From Octopus vulgaris (Eukaryota), in NCBI GenBank assembly GCA_951406725.2, contig OX597825.1:15024001-15086000 (forward strand): a stretch of DNA of 62,000 bases, read 5' to 3'. The first letter of the stretch is position 1; each line of letters starts with the position of its first letter. The notes beneath the pieces are model-generated. The model searched no databases. It was not told the DNA's origin and saw nothing but the letters and a program-made list of their open reading frames with translations. Positions 41,501 to 53,901 of this stretch are shown here, in pieces. The translations under genes and the position numbers were made by a program.

Positions 41501-44500
41501 GTAATCAGAGAATGGCATTAGAATACTTTCCACTATAGACAAAATGCCTGAAATCTTGGGAAAATAGTCCAGTTCATTTCGTTCCCCCCACTGCATGTAC
41601 TTGTTTTTTCGGCATCGAAAGCAGGGGCGAACTAGGTGGTATTTCACCCCCGAGTGTATGGCAGTATCAATAGAATGCCAGAGAGTATTCATTCGAGTCT
41701 ATGTTTATTTTTCGTTTAGATTTCAAGTTTTCATCCAAAGACCAAGTAAAGATAGATTATATATTCAACCCCTCCTCGGGCTATATAAAAATTACTATGA
41801 AAAACTCGCAGGCAATCACAAAATACGCATTGTTTATATCACAATACAGATCAGACTAGATTGTGCAGGCTAAGCTATATTTAAAGCACACACTCAACAT
41901 TTCCTTTATTCATTTTCCTCTATTTGTGTACAACACACATCATGTAATGCATCATTTTAGGAGATAACGATGTATAGTTTATGGGGTATTCAGCAAATAT
42001 CCAATTGCTCAGCAATCAGTTCGTTCTCTTTGAAGTGTGAGAGGAATTTTTTCCTAGATTGATATTGTTTTAGTTTCTCTCAGGTTCAACTGAAAAATTT
42101 CAATGTCAGATGATAGGTCAGTCATTTTCTTCTGCGCACACTTCTCAAAGATGTTGGCCTTCTTTTCAATGTTATAAATTGATAAGGTAACTTTAATATC
42201 AAGAAGAATAATGCCAGATTTCTAAGTGGAGACCCACAAGTCAATTTGCAATATATTCGAATGGCATTCTAAGTTTTAATACATGTGGAAAAGGAATCAG
42301 TTATTGTGTTTTTCTCAATCCGTAAAGCAACCAGTAAAGCAACCATGCAAATAAACAAAGGATTCAAAAATTAGTGGTAATAATGGTAATGATGAGGGAT
42401 TTGTTGACCCTAGTCTCCTAATTATTGTGTTGGTTTACTTTAACATCACATTTGACTTAGCATTGAAAAACATTTTAACGTGATCATCCCCCCTGTACCA
42501 TATTGTTATATATATATGGATGGAACCACACTGGCCATATGTCATGGGGGTCATGGTGTTTCTATTGCTTATTAAGAGAGTGAAGAGTAGCTTCAATAAC
42601 CAATACTTTAGGTCCTCGAGTACTGGTACATATGAATGTGGGGGGAGGGGTTTCGTATATGTGTCCGAGTGTTTTGTGCGTGTGTGTGTGCGTATGTGTG
42701 TGTGTTATATCAAAATCATTAGGCTTTGTTGTTTGATACTGATGTTCGATTGTCTTCTGTGATGCTATCTGTGAAGATGCGAACAGTACTCTCTATCAAA
42801 ACAACATACCTTGGGCAAGATTCTCTCAAGACATTGGGTAAATCTTAGAGTCATTTAGAATTGCTTTCAGGACTAAACCGGATCGTTTACAGGGCCACAA
42901 ATACGAGCACCTTCATTTCCAACCTCAACAACGGGGCTTAATTTCGGCAATCAACATTCATACATTTTGATATCTTCGACCCCGCACAGTTGAAATTACT
43001 TGTGCTGAATACACAATATATCTTCACGTCTAAGAACGTCTACATGGGAAAACTTATCCTAATATTTAATGCATAGAATCTCCAGAAGAAATACGTGAAA
43101 AGGATTCAATATTTAAGCAAATTACCCAGTATCGATGTTTCAGCCACAGCGAGACAGTTCGCTGGAAAAACTGCATTGATATCCATCTGAGTAGATACGA
43201 AGCCTACAATTCATATAGCAACTTTCCGAAGGCTGTCACCGCATTGTCGATATACGATCACTATTCAAATTAAAGGCAAATAGTTGAGGCTACTCCACTC
43301 CCAAGTTAATCAATAAAGAATCACCACTCCCAAGTTAATCAAAGTTGTTTACACATTCAAGTCAGTTCCACAGGATGTACAAATTAGTTATGTATTTCAA
43401 GAGAATTCTAGAGGGGTTCCATTTCTGTAGACCTCATGTTGAGGTCGACATTGTAGCAGGCCTTTGAAAGTTGATTGATATAGGCTTCATGGTAGACAGG
43501 TATTGTAAATGTTGTAGAGAATCATCTCAAACAAATTTTGACTGACATAGCTGTTCAACTTTGACTTTTGCTGGCAATCAGCAAATTTTATTCTTCAATC
43601 CGTAAGATTTTAGAGGACTCAAGAGCGTTGGTTTGATTCATCTGCGAAACGCCGGTGTTCACGCAAAGATGTCTCACGAATAAAGACGCGCGTGTGTAAA
43701 CAAAACAGTAACAGAACAAAAAAAAAAGGAAGAGGAAGAAAACTGATGACTTCTATAAAAACAAGAACCATAAACTGTTGGACATGTTTTGTCAGTGTGA
43801 CTCTCGTGAGACGAAAGTGTTGTCTTGAGAAAGACATGGTGTATGGACAGGGTGTGCGTCATGGAATGGTAGAATGACAGTCAGGAACGAAGTGAAAAAT
43901 AGAGAGAAAGAAAGATTGTAGGAGTGTGTCAAGAGTCAAGATGGTCGAAGTGGAAGTTAAGAAACACTGTAATGAAAGAAAAGAAACAAACAAATTTGTC
44001 ATAATAAAAGATATAGTTGAAGACAAATTCAAAATAATTATGAACGACAAGTAGAACCAGCAAAAGAAAAAGAGAAATTACAAACACAGATAAACTTATT
44101 TAATGCACGCATACTTGTATGTGAGTGTGTTAGTGTGACTTTTCATACGTTTTTGTTTAAGTGTATTGACAGAAATCCTGTTGTTTCGTCTCGACCATCT
44201 ATGAACTGTAACTAATGAAACAGCTGAGCACAGCGTTATAAGGTAACCGCTGTAATGCGAAATTATAATTAAGTCGAGTGGGAGAATTGGCTGCAGTAAA
44301 TTTCATGAACTTATCATTCTTGAAATCGCGTTCTCTTGATAAAGACCTCTGTGGCATTCATTGTTTGATCTTTCAACTTAATATCATGATCTTCTAACTT
44401 GAAATCGTCTGTTATAGAAATTATGTAAATACACGTGTACTTACAAAGAAAGTTAGATAGTAGAACGCACAAATGTGTAACATCACATACATCCTACATA

Positions 44501-47500
44501 AACACACTGGCACAATAAAATGATATACATAGCGAAAGATATTGGAAAGACACACAATGCGTTATGGAGAAACACAAGAATATATATATATATGTGCATT
44601 TCACACATCCATTTACACAGTCAAGCATGAGAACTCTCTCGTACAGATACTAACTCTGTACAAACCAAAGTTAAAACAACAAATTCTAAAGTTGCTTCTC
44701 TCTTCAATTTACAAACAAATTTCAATCCAAAATGTACGGCTGAACAAAAATATTTTAAAAACTGACAGAGAAATTAAAATTGGAAACTTATTTCATTAAA
44801 AAGAAAAATCATTTAAAAAAAATTATATTAAACATTCAAGATTATTTAGAATTTTGATTCAAGTCCAAATTTCAATTTCGATTTGTTTCATTTTTCATTT
44901 ATTTGTTTTTTCTTTTATTCGGTTGTTTTTATAGCAATACCATTTGCTCTTCCCAACCAAATCCTGTTTACGAAAATATCACGGTTTTATTAATGCGAAA
45001 TTTCAAACCAAAAACTCCAGAAAAAAATGTGCAAACAAAAAAATTAAACTAAAATACGCAATACCGATCGAAACGGTACGTAGCATATTTTTATAATTTG
45101 TATATTTATTTTTTCTGTGTTATATCTGCATGTTATCATTGAAATATTCAATCATGCGCAAATAAAACTTTCAAGACTATGAAATTTTACATCTAAATAT
45201 TTTTATGACTAAATTACCAGTTGAATGCCTTCATACACTGGACTGGCAAGAAGGATTTTTCACACTGTGATGACATATACAATTTTCATGTGTTCTTCGC
45301 AGTTTTCTATTTGCCAGATAAAATCTTCCAGGCCATTAAACATCTGAAATAAGAATTCAACTGAATCTTTTGCTTTTGATTCAAATGTTTGTGTCTATGG
45401 AAGCTGAAGTTGGGAAAATAGCACGTCGTCATAAGAAATCATAGACAGCTGAAGATCGTGATTTCTTGTTTTCTCCATGGCGCCAGTGGGAAAGATATAA
45501 AATGTGAACTCATGGAAACAGATTCTTTAGTACGCCGTAATAATATTATTTTCAATAATGTTCCGCTCATAAACGAAACGATGAAATACATGTTTAACTG
45601 TCCCAAAATAATTAATATCTGCATGGTACCTGTATATTTTATATCACAGCTCAACTAGAATTCGAAAATGTAGATGCTAGGAAATGTAATAAAACTTTGA
45701 ATAGTTCGAACGACAGTGAAGTTTAGTCTGTAGTTTTTGCCTATGAAAGAAATGGTTCCTATTGTTGTTGTTTTTCTTTTGTTGAATTTTTCCTTCAGTA
45801 ACATCAAACACAGCCACATGCCATTGAGGCATATTATCTCGTTGTCGGAATCAGCGTCAGGTGAGCTCTGGATGTTCCCGCCCGAGATTACAAGACATTC
45901 TAACTGAACATTCCAGCTTTAATGTCAGACAGTGTCAGACAGCGTATCCAGTATTACATTAGGTGATATACCTATCTCTCCAATTAAGACTATACTGTAT
46001 CATTTTATAGAAACCTTGTTGTTATGTACAGTAGGCAGCCACAGTGAGAGCTATGTAGTTTATTTGAGTAATTGCATATCATTTATATAACTGGTGGCTA
46101 GGTCTCCGCACTGAATGTGTATTAGTATTTTGTAAAGAGACTCTAATACTTTTCTAGAAGTTTACAGATATAGATTATCCTAAGTATTCAATCCTACATA
46201 ATTTGAATGGGAGCATATGTGAGTTTATATTTAATGCTGTAATTACTATGTAGAACATCCTTATAATCACCCTCTAAAAAAATTCCCGTAATTCTAAATC
46301 CTTGTATTTCATTTCTTTGCTTTCTAACCTATGCTCTTCTAAATCATTCCTAATTACTTATTTTGTGAATTTTACCTGCAAAATTACTCAGCCATTTACG
46401 CTGGGAATTTCCTATTCAAATGTGATATTTAGCAAGGGCTTACGAATGTGACATCACTCAAAAGCAGTTACTGGACAATGTCTCTGGATTTTCAGATTTG
46501 CTGTGTATCATTTCTATGTGTACTGAACATATCATATTGCTTGCTCATCTACTTCATTATTTCATTGGCACATTCAATCAAATATGACTGCTTATTGAGA
46601 ATAAACCGTTGTGAATTGTTAACGAGCTCTCGATTAAATTCAATTTGTTCCACGAATTTACTTTTATCCGTTTCAGGTGGCTGTAGAAGAATATCGCTCA
46701 CTTGATGTCTCATATCTCTTATTTCCTTTCATTGTGTCTAAGATAAGAAGACATGATTTCCAGTTTGTCAGTGCTTCTTGTAATATCTAACTTAATAGTT
46801 ACATTGACTTTTGTAAATTTATCACCAACCATACACATATATTTCTCCCATCAATTTACATCGTGTTACTGGTTGAAGACAAAATATTCTATTAACTTAT
46901 TTTGCTCATAACAGTTGGTATCTGAATGCATCGTAAACTTCTTGCCAACAAAAGACTGCCTCACCTTTGAACAAACTCTAGCAAAGAAATTCACTTGTCT
47001 TTTTCTCCTTCACTTTTGAAATCTTGCAATTATATGGATGATCATTATGTTACATATTGCTAGATTGTATATTAATTTCTAATTTCAAGCCCAAGCTACA
47101 AAATTTTATTCACAGTATATAAACAAGTAATATTTATGTAGTTGTGGACCTCACTCCCGTATTTACGCTATCGTTTTTGCTTATGGATTTTTTCCTATTG
47201 CTGTCTGTCGGTAACGTTATTAAATAATGGTCGACATGTTGTGAGCAAATGCATACTTATAAACCATTTCTAACTAGAAGTCTATCAGAACCTCTCCACC
47301 TAGACTTTCTAGTTTGGTAGTTTCGTTATTTCTTTCACTATTAACCGTTTGCAACGTAAGTGTAGTCTTATTTATTATCCACGTAACCGCTGCATCCACT
47401 TTACGTGAATGTGTTAGTTCAAATGTTTGCCCAGTATGTTTTGATGTTCTTCCCTGCAGTTCAGTCACTGATATAAATCCTTTTCATTTTCTCTAAGCCT

Positions 47501-48132
47501 TCAGTTTTCTGTTTATATTATTTGATCTACAGTGTGTGTATCTATTAAATTCCCCAATATCGTATTGATTATATGTTATATTTATTTTCTTACAATCTGT
47601 AGATCTTCTCAGCTTGAATTATATTTCCTTTGTAATGATTAAGTTTATTTCCCTGCAGGCTTCAACGTACAGAATTTTAAGCCGAACATCGATTGTATCG
47701 ATCTCACAAGTAAAAGAGGGAACACAAAGGAACTGCCCGATCTAAACAATATCAACATGCAGCCCTTTCATTCTTTGTTTCCACTATAGTTCTCTTTATT
47801 TTCACTTTGTATTACACTGAATATGTAATATTTCAGTGAAGAATGATCTCTCTATGATATCACAGATTATAAGTATAATTAATAAAATGCCTGAATATAC
47901 ATTTCAGCACATCATTAAATTTCAAAGCTGGAAAATTTAATCTGCCACGCTTAATTCCATTTAATATGGTAATCATTCTCATTATCTCTAGTAGGTACCT
48001 CTTCTTTTACATAACATACGCTCTCCTTCCTCGTCTTCTTCTTCTTCAACTTCTTCTACTCCTTCTTCTTCTTCTACCCCGTCTTCTTCGTCTACTCCTT
48101 CTTCTTCTTCTTCTTATTATTATTATTATTAG

Positions 48133-48357
48133 TAGAGACGCATGGCTCAGTGGTTAGAGCCTTGCGCTTACGATGGTGAGGTTGTGAGTTTGATTCCCGG
48201 ACCGGGGTACGTGTTGTGTTCTTGAGCAAGACACTTTATTTCACGCTGCTCCAGTTCACTCAGCTGTAGAAATGAGTTGCAGCGTCACTGGTACCAAGGT
48301 GCATCGGCCCCTTTGCCTAGAAGGGAAATTTTCTAGGTGCAATCCCACGGTCCATAT
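48133..48357 (+). mobile_element. SINE family A with internal deletion
   Basis: Colinear with 3051-3395. Confidence 0.85.
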
Positions 48358-48388
48358 CCTCATTGTCCGCATCATATTCAACATCATC

Positions 48389-48421
<33 letters not shown>

Positions 48422-48484
48422 GTTATCATCGCCATTATCGTCATCAAACTCGTCATTGACATCCTTGTTGTCGTCATTGTTCTT

Positions 48485-48582
48485 CTCTACTCTAGGCACA
48501 AGGCCCGAAATCAAGGTGGGGGGCCCAGTCGATTAGATCGACCTCCGTAGGCAACTGGTACTTAATTTATCGACCCCGAATG
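48485..48582 (-). mobile_element. SINE family B 3' fragment with tail type iii
   Basis: CTCTAGGCACAAGGCCCGAAAT...GGTACTTAATTTATCGACCCCGAA. Confidence 0.75.
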
Positions 48583-48739
48583 AATGATACTCGTCTGTAT
48601 TATTATTACTCTTACTCTATGAACATTAAAATTTGAGTTGTTTGATGTAGTATTATAAGGAAAGGATTCTACATAAATACATGCAGAAATTATAATATTA
48701 TTATCTTGTTTAACTTATTAACATACGTTGTGATTACGC

Positions 48740-49048
48740 GTGGAGACGCAATGGCCCAGTGGTTAGGGCAACGGACTCGCGGTCGGAGGATCGCGGTTTC
48801 GATTCCCAGATATTTGCGTGTGTTTATTGAGCGAAAACACCTAAAGCTCCACGAGGCACCGGCAGGGGTGGTGGCGACCCCTGTTGTACTCTTTCACCAC
48901 ACCTTTCTCCCACTCTCTCTTCCTGTTTCTTGAGTAACGCTGCGATGGACTGACGCCCCGTCCAGCTGGGAGGAACACATACGCCACAGAAACCTGGAAA
49001 TCGGGTCCATGAGCCTGGCTAGGTTTGAAAAGGTCGCGAAGAAGAAGT
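48740..49048 (+). mobile_element. SINE family C
   Basis: tRNA-like head GGAGACGCAATGGCCCAGTGGTTAGGGC; colinear with 11413-11716. Confidence 0.9.
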
Positions 49049-49624
49049 TGTGATTATGTATTTGCCAGTATGCGATCTTTTTCGACCCTGAGTATCTATA
49101 ATTGTAGGGATTTGATACTATTTCAAGACCCTCAATGGTGTTATCTGTATTTCCTGGTTTTTATATTTGTGTAACCTCTTTATTCCTTTAGAGCATATAT
49201 TATCAGGTGTTTGAACACAGTTCCGAGGAGGCAATGAATCTGCCAAACCCAAAATAACAAATGCTTCACAAGCGGCCATAAATATCTTAAAGTTTTTCCA
49301 ATGTGGTCAACGTAAAATTTAGATACAGTTGCAAAAGTAAACATTATCTCGATATTCAGTGATGAAATACAATATATCGTAAAAGAAATAAATACAGACA
49401 ATTTACAGGTAAACAAATACATTTGCTAGGCAGAAATCCAATGAGTGGTGAAAGGGAAATATTTGAAGAAAAATGCAATTGATGGGGAAACGTTACTATG
49501 AAAGGCTACAGATATATCGGCAAAAGAAGTGGAATGCTCAAAGCCAGGGCCTTATAATACATACAGCAATTCTATAAAATAAAGCAGAGAAAGTCAATGT
49601 TTTACTGGAAATATGAGGGTCGTA

Positions 49625-49858
49625 AAGGCGGCGAGCTGGCAGAATCGTTAGTACGCCGGGTGAAATGCGTAGCCGTATTTCGTCTGCCGTTACGGTCTGA
49701 ATTCAAATTCCACCGAGGTCGGTTATGCCTTTCATCCTTTCGGGGTCGATACATTAAGTACCAGTCACGCACTGGGGTCGATGTAATCGACTTAATCTTT
49801 TTGTCAGTTCTTGTTTGTCTCCTCTGTGTTTAGCCCCTTGTGGGTAGTAAAGAAATAG
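49625..49858 (+). mobile_element. Full-length SINE family B, tail type i, 14-bp TSD
   Basis: ATATGAGGGTCGTA at 49611-49624 and 49859-49872. Confidence 0.93.
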
Positions 49859-50632
49859 ATATGAGGGTCGTATAAACTATACTGGGAAATATAATCTTGA
49901 CAATAACAGTATACCGCACTCTTTCGGTAAATGCATATTTTTTGAAATAGGGTATTGATTGAAACATGTTTAAAATTCGATGAGGCATCAGACACTGTAT
50001 TATAACTTTGTAAGTATATGTCTTCTCGTTTCCGTCCGACCATTACGCAGATGAAATTGCTACACAATTATTTCAACGCAGCGAAAATAACCACTTATTC
50101 AAAGAGGTACTTAACAAATTCATTCTCTGCAACACAGAAGATTATCAAATAAAATCAACAATCATGGTCACTATTAAAAACATATACACTGTGACAATAT
50201 AAAATGACTTGGAGTTATAAAGAATATATCTGGAACATTCATAATATATGAATAATGCAATTAAACATAAGAATACATCGCGAAAATTAATTAGAAAACA
50301 TTCAATTGTTCCACAGCTTTCTATCAGAAAGAAGCAATAACAATGCCATACATACATTATATTGTATAATTCCTTCAATAAACTTACAACCAGTTGAATG
50401 TCTCTAGTAGTCATACAGCGACCACAACAGACTACAATATAGACGAAACATAGACTAGAAAATAGACGAATAAAGAACTGATTACTCGTCGTCATTTATT
50501 TTACACAGAGCTCATACTTCACAAGACAAATATATTAGAACCATCGAAGAATATATGGTGACCTGATGGATAAAGTTTCACACTGTAGCATGAATCATCT
50601 GTCATATGTGTGTGTGCGTTTGTTTATGTCTG

Positions 50633-50840
50633 TAGGTGCATGGGTTAGTGGTTAGGGTGTCAGCATCATGATCGTAAGATTGTGGTTTCGATTCCTGGAC
50701 CGGGCGACGCGTTGTGTTCCTGAGGAAAACACTTCCTTTCACGTTGCTCCAGTCCACTCAGCTGGCAAAAATTAGTAACGCTGCGATGGACTGCCGTCTC
50801 GTCCAGCTGCCGAACATATATGTTAGGCATTAAAAGGGCG
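50633..50840 (+). mobile_element. Chimeric SINE: family A head and core plus a family C 3' segment
   Basis: TTTCACGTTGCTCCAGTCCACTCAGCTG (family A) joined to GTAACGCTGCGATGGACTG...GTCCAGCTG (family C, compare 48933-48970). Confidence 0.7.
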
Positions 50841-50849
50841 CATTGTTTG

Positions 50850-50891
<42 letters not shown>

Positions 50892-50904
50892 ATGTATACT
50901 CTCT

Positions 50905-51115
50905 CTCTTTTACTTGTTTCACTAATTTGACCTCGGCCATGCTGGAACACCGCCTTTAGTCGAACAAATCGACCCCAGGACTTATTCTTTGTAAGCCTAG
51001 TACTTATTCTATCGGTTTCTTTTGCCGAACCGCTAGGTTACGCGGCCGTAAACACACCAGCATCTGTTGTCAAGCGATGTTGGGAGGACAAACACCGACA
51101 CACAAACACCCACAC
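50905..51115 (-). mobile_element. Headless microsatellite-associated short repeat, family D
   Basis: Reverse complement of the 60925-61085 copy; starts from (TG)n and no tRNA head is seen. Confidence 0.8.
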
Positions 51116-51128
51116 CCATCCCCCCCCC

Positions 51129-51169
<41 letters not shown>

Positions 51170-51291
51170 ATGTCGCACGTTCGGATACCTCTACTACTCT
51201 GTTTCTTTATTAGCCACAAGGGCCCAAACATAAAGGGGAACAAACAAAGAGAGACAGGACACCACAGAGAGGACAATACATAGAACGAATA

Positions 51292-51451
51292 AGGCGGCGA
51301 TCTAGCAGAAACCTTAGCACGCCAGGCGAAATGCGTAGCCGTATTTCGTCTGCCGTTACGTTCTGAGTTCAAATTCCGGCGAGGTCGACTTTGACCTTCA
51401 TCCTTTCATCCTCTCTGTGTTTAGCCCCTTTGAAGGTAGTAAAGAAATAGA
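51292..51451 (+). mobile_element. SINE family B, tail type i, internal deletion, 17-bp TSD
   Basis: AATACATAGAACGAATA at 51275-51291 and 51452-51468. Confidence 0.93.
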
Positions 51452-51573
51452 AATACATAGAACGAATATGATGAGATCATTATATAATAATGGGGTTATG
51501 AATGGCTGCATGCGCCACGTATCACGTCACATGCATCACCATTAATATTTTTAAACTGTCCGTTTTTATCATA

Positions 51574-51948
51574 TACTAGCAGTATCGCCCGGCGTTGCTC
51601 AGGTTTGTAAGGGAAATAACTATAAAGCATTTTTAGAGAGTTATAGCCAAAAAATAGAAAAAAAATGATGGTAAATTTTTTTTCAGAGTTAAAAAAGGTG
51701 GAGTTGCGTCCCCTAGACGGTCTGTGGTTTGGGTTTCTGATTCTCGACCCCATGTCGAATTTATCGATTTTTTCAGAACTGGGGGAACTTTTCAAAATTT
51801 TCGCCGCGTTAGTTTTGAATTATGACATTGGGCTATGTGTGTGTCAAGTTTCATCAGAATCGGTTGAAAGCCGTGGTCAGGGTGAGGGTACGAGAAAACA
51901 GACACACAGAAAACGCACAGACAAACTGCCGTTTATATAGAGAGAGAT
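51574..51948 (+). mobile_element. Non-autonomous Helitron/Helentron-like insert
   Basis: Starts TACTAGCAGTATCGCCCGGCGTTGCTC and ends AAACTGCCGTTTATATAGAGAGAGAT, termini resembling DINE-1/Lep1-type elements; it interrupts the 3' UTR of the ORF1-only element. Confidence 0.6.
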
Positions 51949-52147
51949 TTAACTAACAATGAATTATCGTCTACCATTACAATTATTTGAAACCTTATAT
52001 GTTCTCTAAAAATGTTCTTCTATTTTCCGATATTATTAAACATAACATAAAACACTTACTCTTTCTTTTTTTCCCTTTTTCTTTTATTTTTTCTTGTCGC
52101 TTTCACATACTTATTTATTTTTAGTAATATTTCATTAGTGGTTCGAT

Positions 52148-53446
52148 TTATACTAAATTCACTTCTGGTGGCAATTCTTTGAATTCCACACCCTTATTCC
52201 TGATGGGTCGATATTATCTCCACACATTTCTTGTAGTCTTTTATAACTTTCCTTTTCAATTACTATCGCCTTCATATCCTCTGCATATATGTATGCTGGT
52301 ATCTTTACCCTGCTTCAATATTCTTCGTGTAGGTTACGTAATACCATACACCGTCTCCTTTATTTTGGCTTTTCTGTTCTCTCTTTTCCTCCTCCACTCT
52401 AAACACTCTTTCCAATTCTTCTTCGGCCAGCTGAATTTCCGAATCCTTTTCTACCGGAGCAACTGGTATTTTTAATAGTAGCTCCATTTTCTTTTTACTT
52501 TCGTTCTCGGCCTTTTGTCCTCCTTTCTGCTGACCTCCTTCACGGTTTCTTTTCTCATATCTTCTCTCTTCGTTTTTCTGGCGGAGAACCATTCCCTCCA
52601 CTCCTCCTTCTCTTTTTCTTTTACAATAGTCATATCATCATCAGATTCCTTTGTCTCAACCTGTTCCTACCTGGCCCTCGCTCTCTTGTATTCCCACCTG
52701 CTCTGCTTGTTGCGTTTTTCTGGGTGCATCATGGCTTCGTCTGGCCTTTCTCACCACATCCAAAACATACAGACGGCCTGCCCTCCACCTTCATTCTCAT
52801 TGCAAAGCCGTCAGACAAAACTATCTCCTCGGGCACTCCTATTTAAATCGTCCACTGTGCCTGGATAGTGAGCTCTATCCCATAGCCCCAGTAGTCGAGC
52901 TTGTTGGTTCTAGTGGCCTTTAATATTTTTGCTCCGTCCTTCATATTATACATTATGGCTGTCATGAGCCATGCCTCTTCCAGTTCAGGGGGTACTTGGG
53001 CTACTCGTACTCTGGCCACACGTTTTCCGCAATAAGACGGCAAGAGTACCCACTCCTCCGATCGTATTGCCTCTGTATCATACTTTATTCCCTCTCCTTT
53101 TGACGTGAAGTGCACATCTACGGTGGCATACCTCCTTCCTCTTGTACTAAAACTTGTTAGCTTTTTAATATTTTCCAAAACATTTTCTAACTCCTCCACT
53201 GTCGCATCTCTATTTTCCTTGTAGCAATTCTCATAGTCTTATAGGTAACTGTTCTCTTCATTATGCTGTTTGTCAGCTCTGCGAGTGACGTCAACTTCAA
53301 CGTCTCACCCTGCTTCCCCAGTAGCTTTTCGCATGCTTTCATTTTTTGGGGGTTCGACTTTGATTTCAAAAGGCTCCAACGTTCTTTCTTCTGCTCCCTT
53401 TACAGTTGCGGCCGCATATTGTGGCCGCCCGCTGGCGCCTTATACA
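52148..53446 (-). pseudogene. Decayed ORF1/gag-like protein (RRM-like region, degenerate zinc knuckle, charged C-terminus), L1/Tx1-type
   Basis: YAAATVK...LLPSYCGKRVARVRVAQVPPE...EEIVLSDGFAMRMKVEGRPSVCFGCGEKG...WYYVTYTK...RVKIPAYIYAEDMKAIVIEKE...EFKELPPEVNLV*, with several frameshifts. Confidence 0.75.
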
Positions 53447-53901
53447 TTTTTCCTCAATGGGAAAATTTAACACAATAAAATTTTAACAATATTAACAAAC
53501 AACAATAACGTACAATCAATTAACTCTCTACTCAACTTCAAAAATATCACCTGTTACTCCGCTCTACTCTCGACACGTTTCTTTATTTTTCACCCTGGCC
53601 ACTAACACAGAGGGGGACACTAAAAGGACAAACACAACACCACAGTGGGGACAATAAGCATAAAACGAATGAGGCTGAATATTATATAATAATGGAAAAT
53701 GAAATGGCTGCATGGGCCCCACTCCTCATGCAGTATCATTTGAACGTTTGTACACACTATATAACAAACGTGTTATTTTGTGTGTTGTGTTTTTTTCTGA
53801 ATTATCATTTTGTTTCCTCTTTTTCCTTCAAAGCAATTTTTCATTTCCTTTTTCCTTTTAAAAAAAAAACAAAGTAATTTTACTTACTGTTTTTTTCCTT
53901 T

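Larger units (their letters stand above)
51201..53575 (-). mobile_element. ORF1-only (HAL1-like) non-LTR element, near full-length copy interrupted by two inserts
   Basis: 5' UTR, decayed ORF1, then ~400 bp of 3' UTR (after removing inserts) ending AATAAAGAAAC. The 3' UTR blocks are homologous to 53577-53900. No RT or endonuclease seen. Confidence 0.75.

Noticed and set aside
43296-43342. 19-bp direct repeat CCACTCCCAAGTTAATCAA
   Set aside because: Small local duplication with a 9-bp spacer and no element features.
49611-49872. TSD sequence TATGAGGGTCGT as a mariner TIR start
   Set aside because: I found no matching opposite TIR or transposase remnant.
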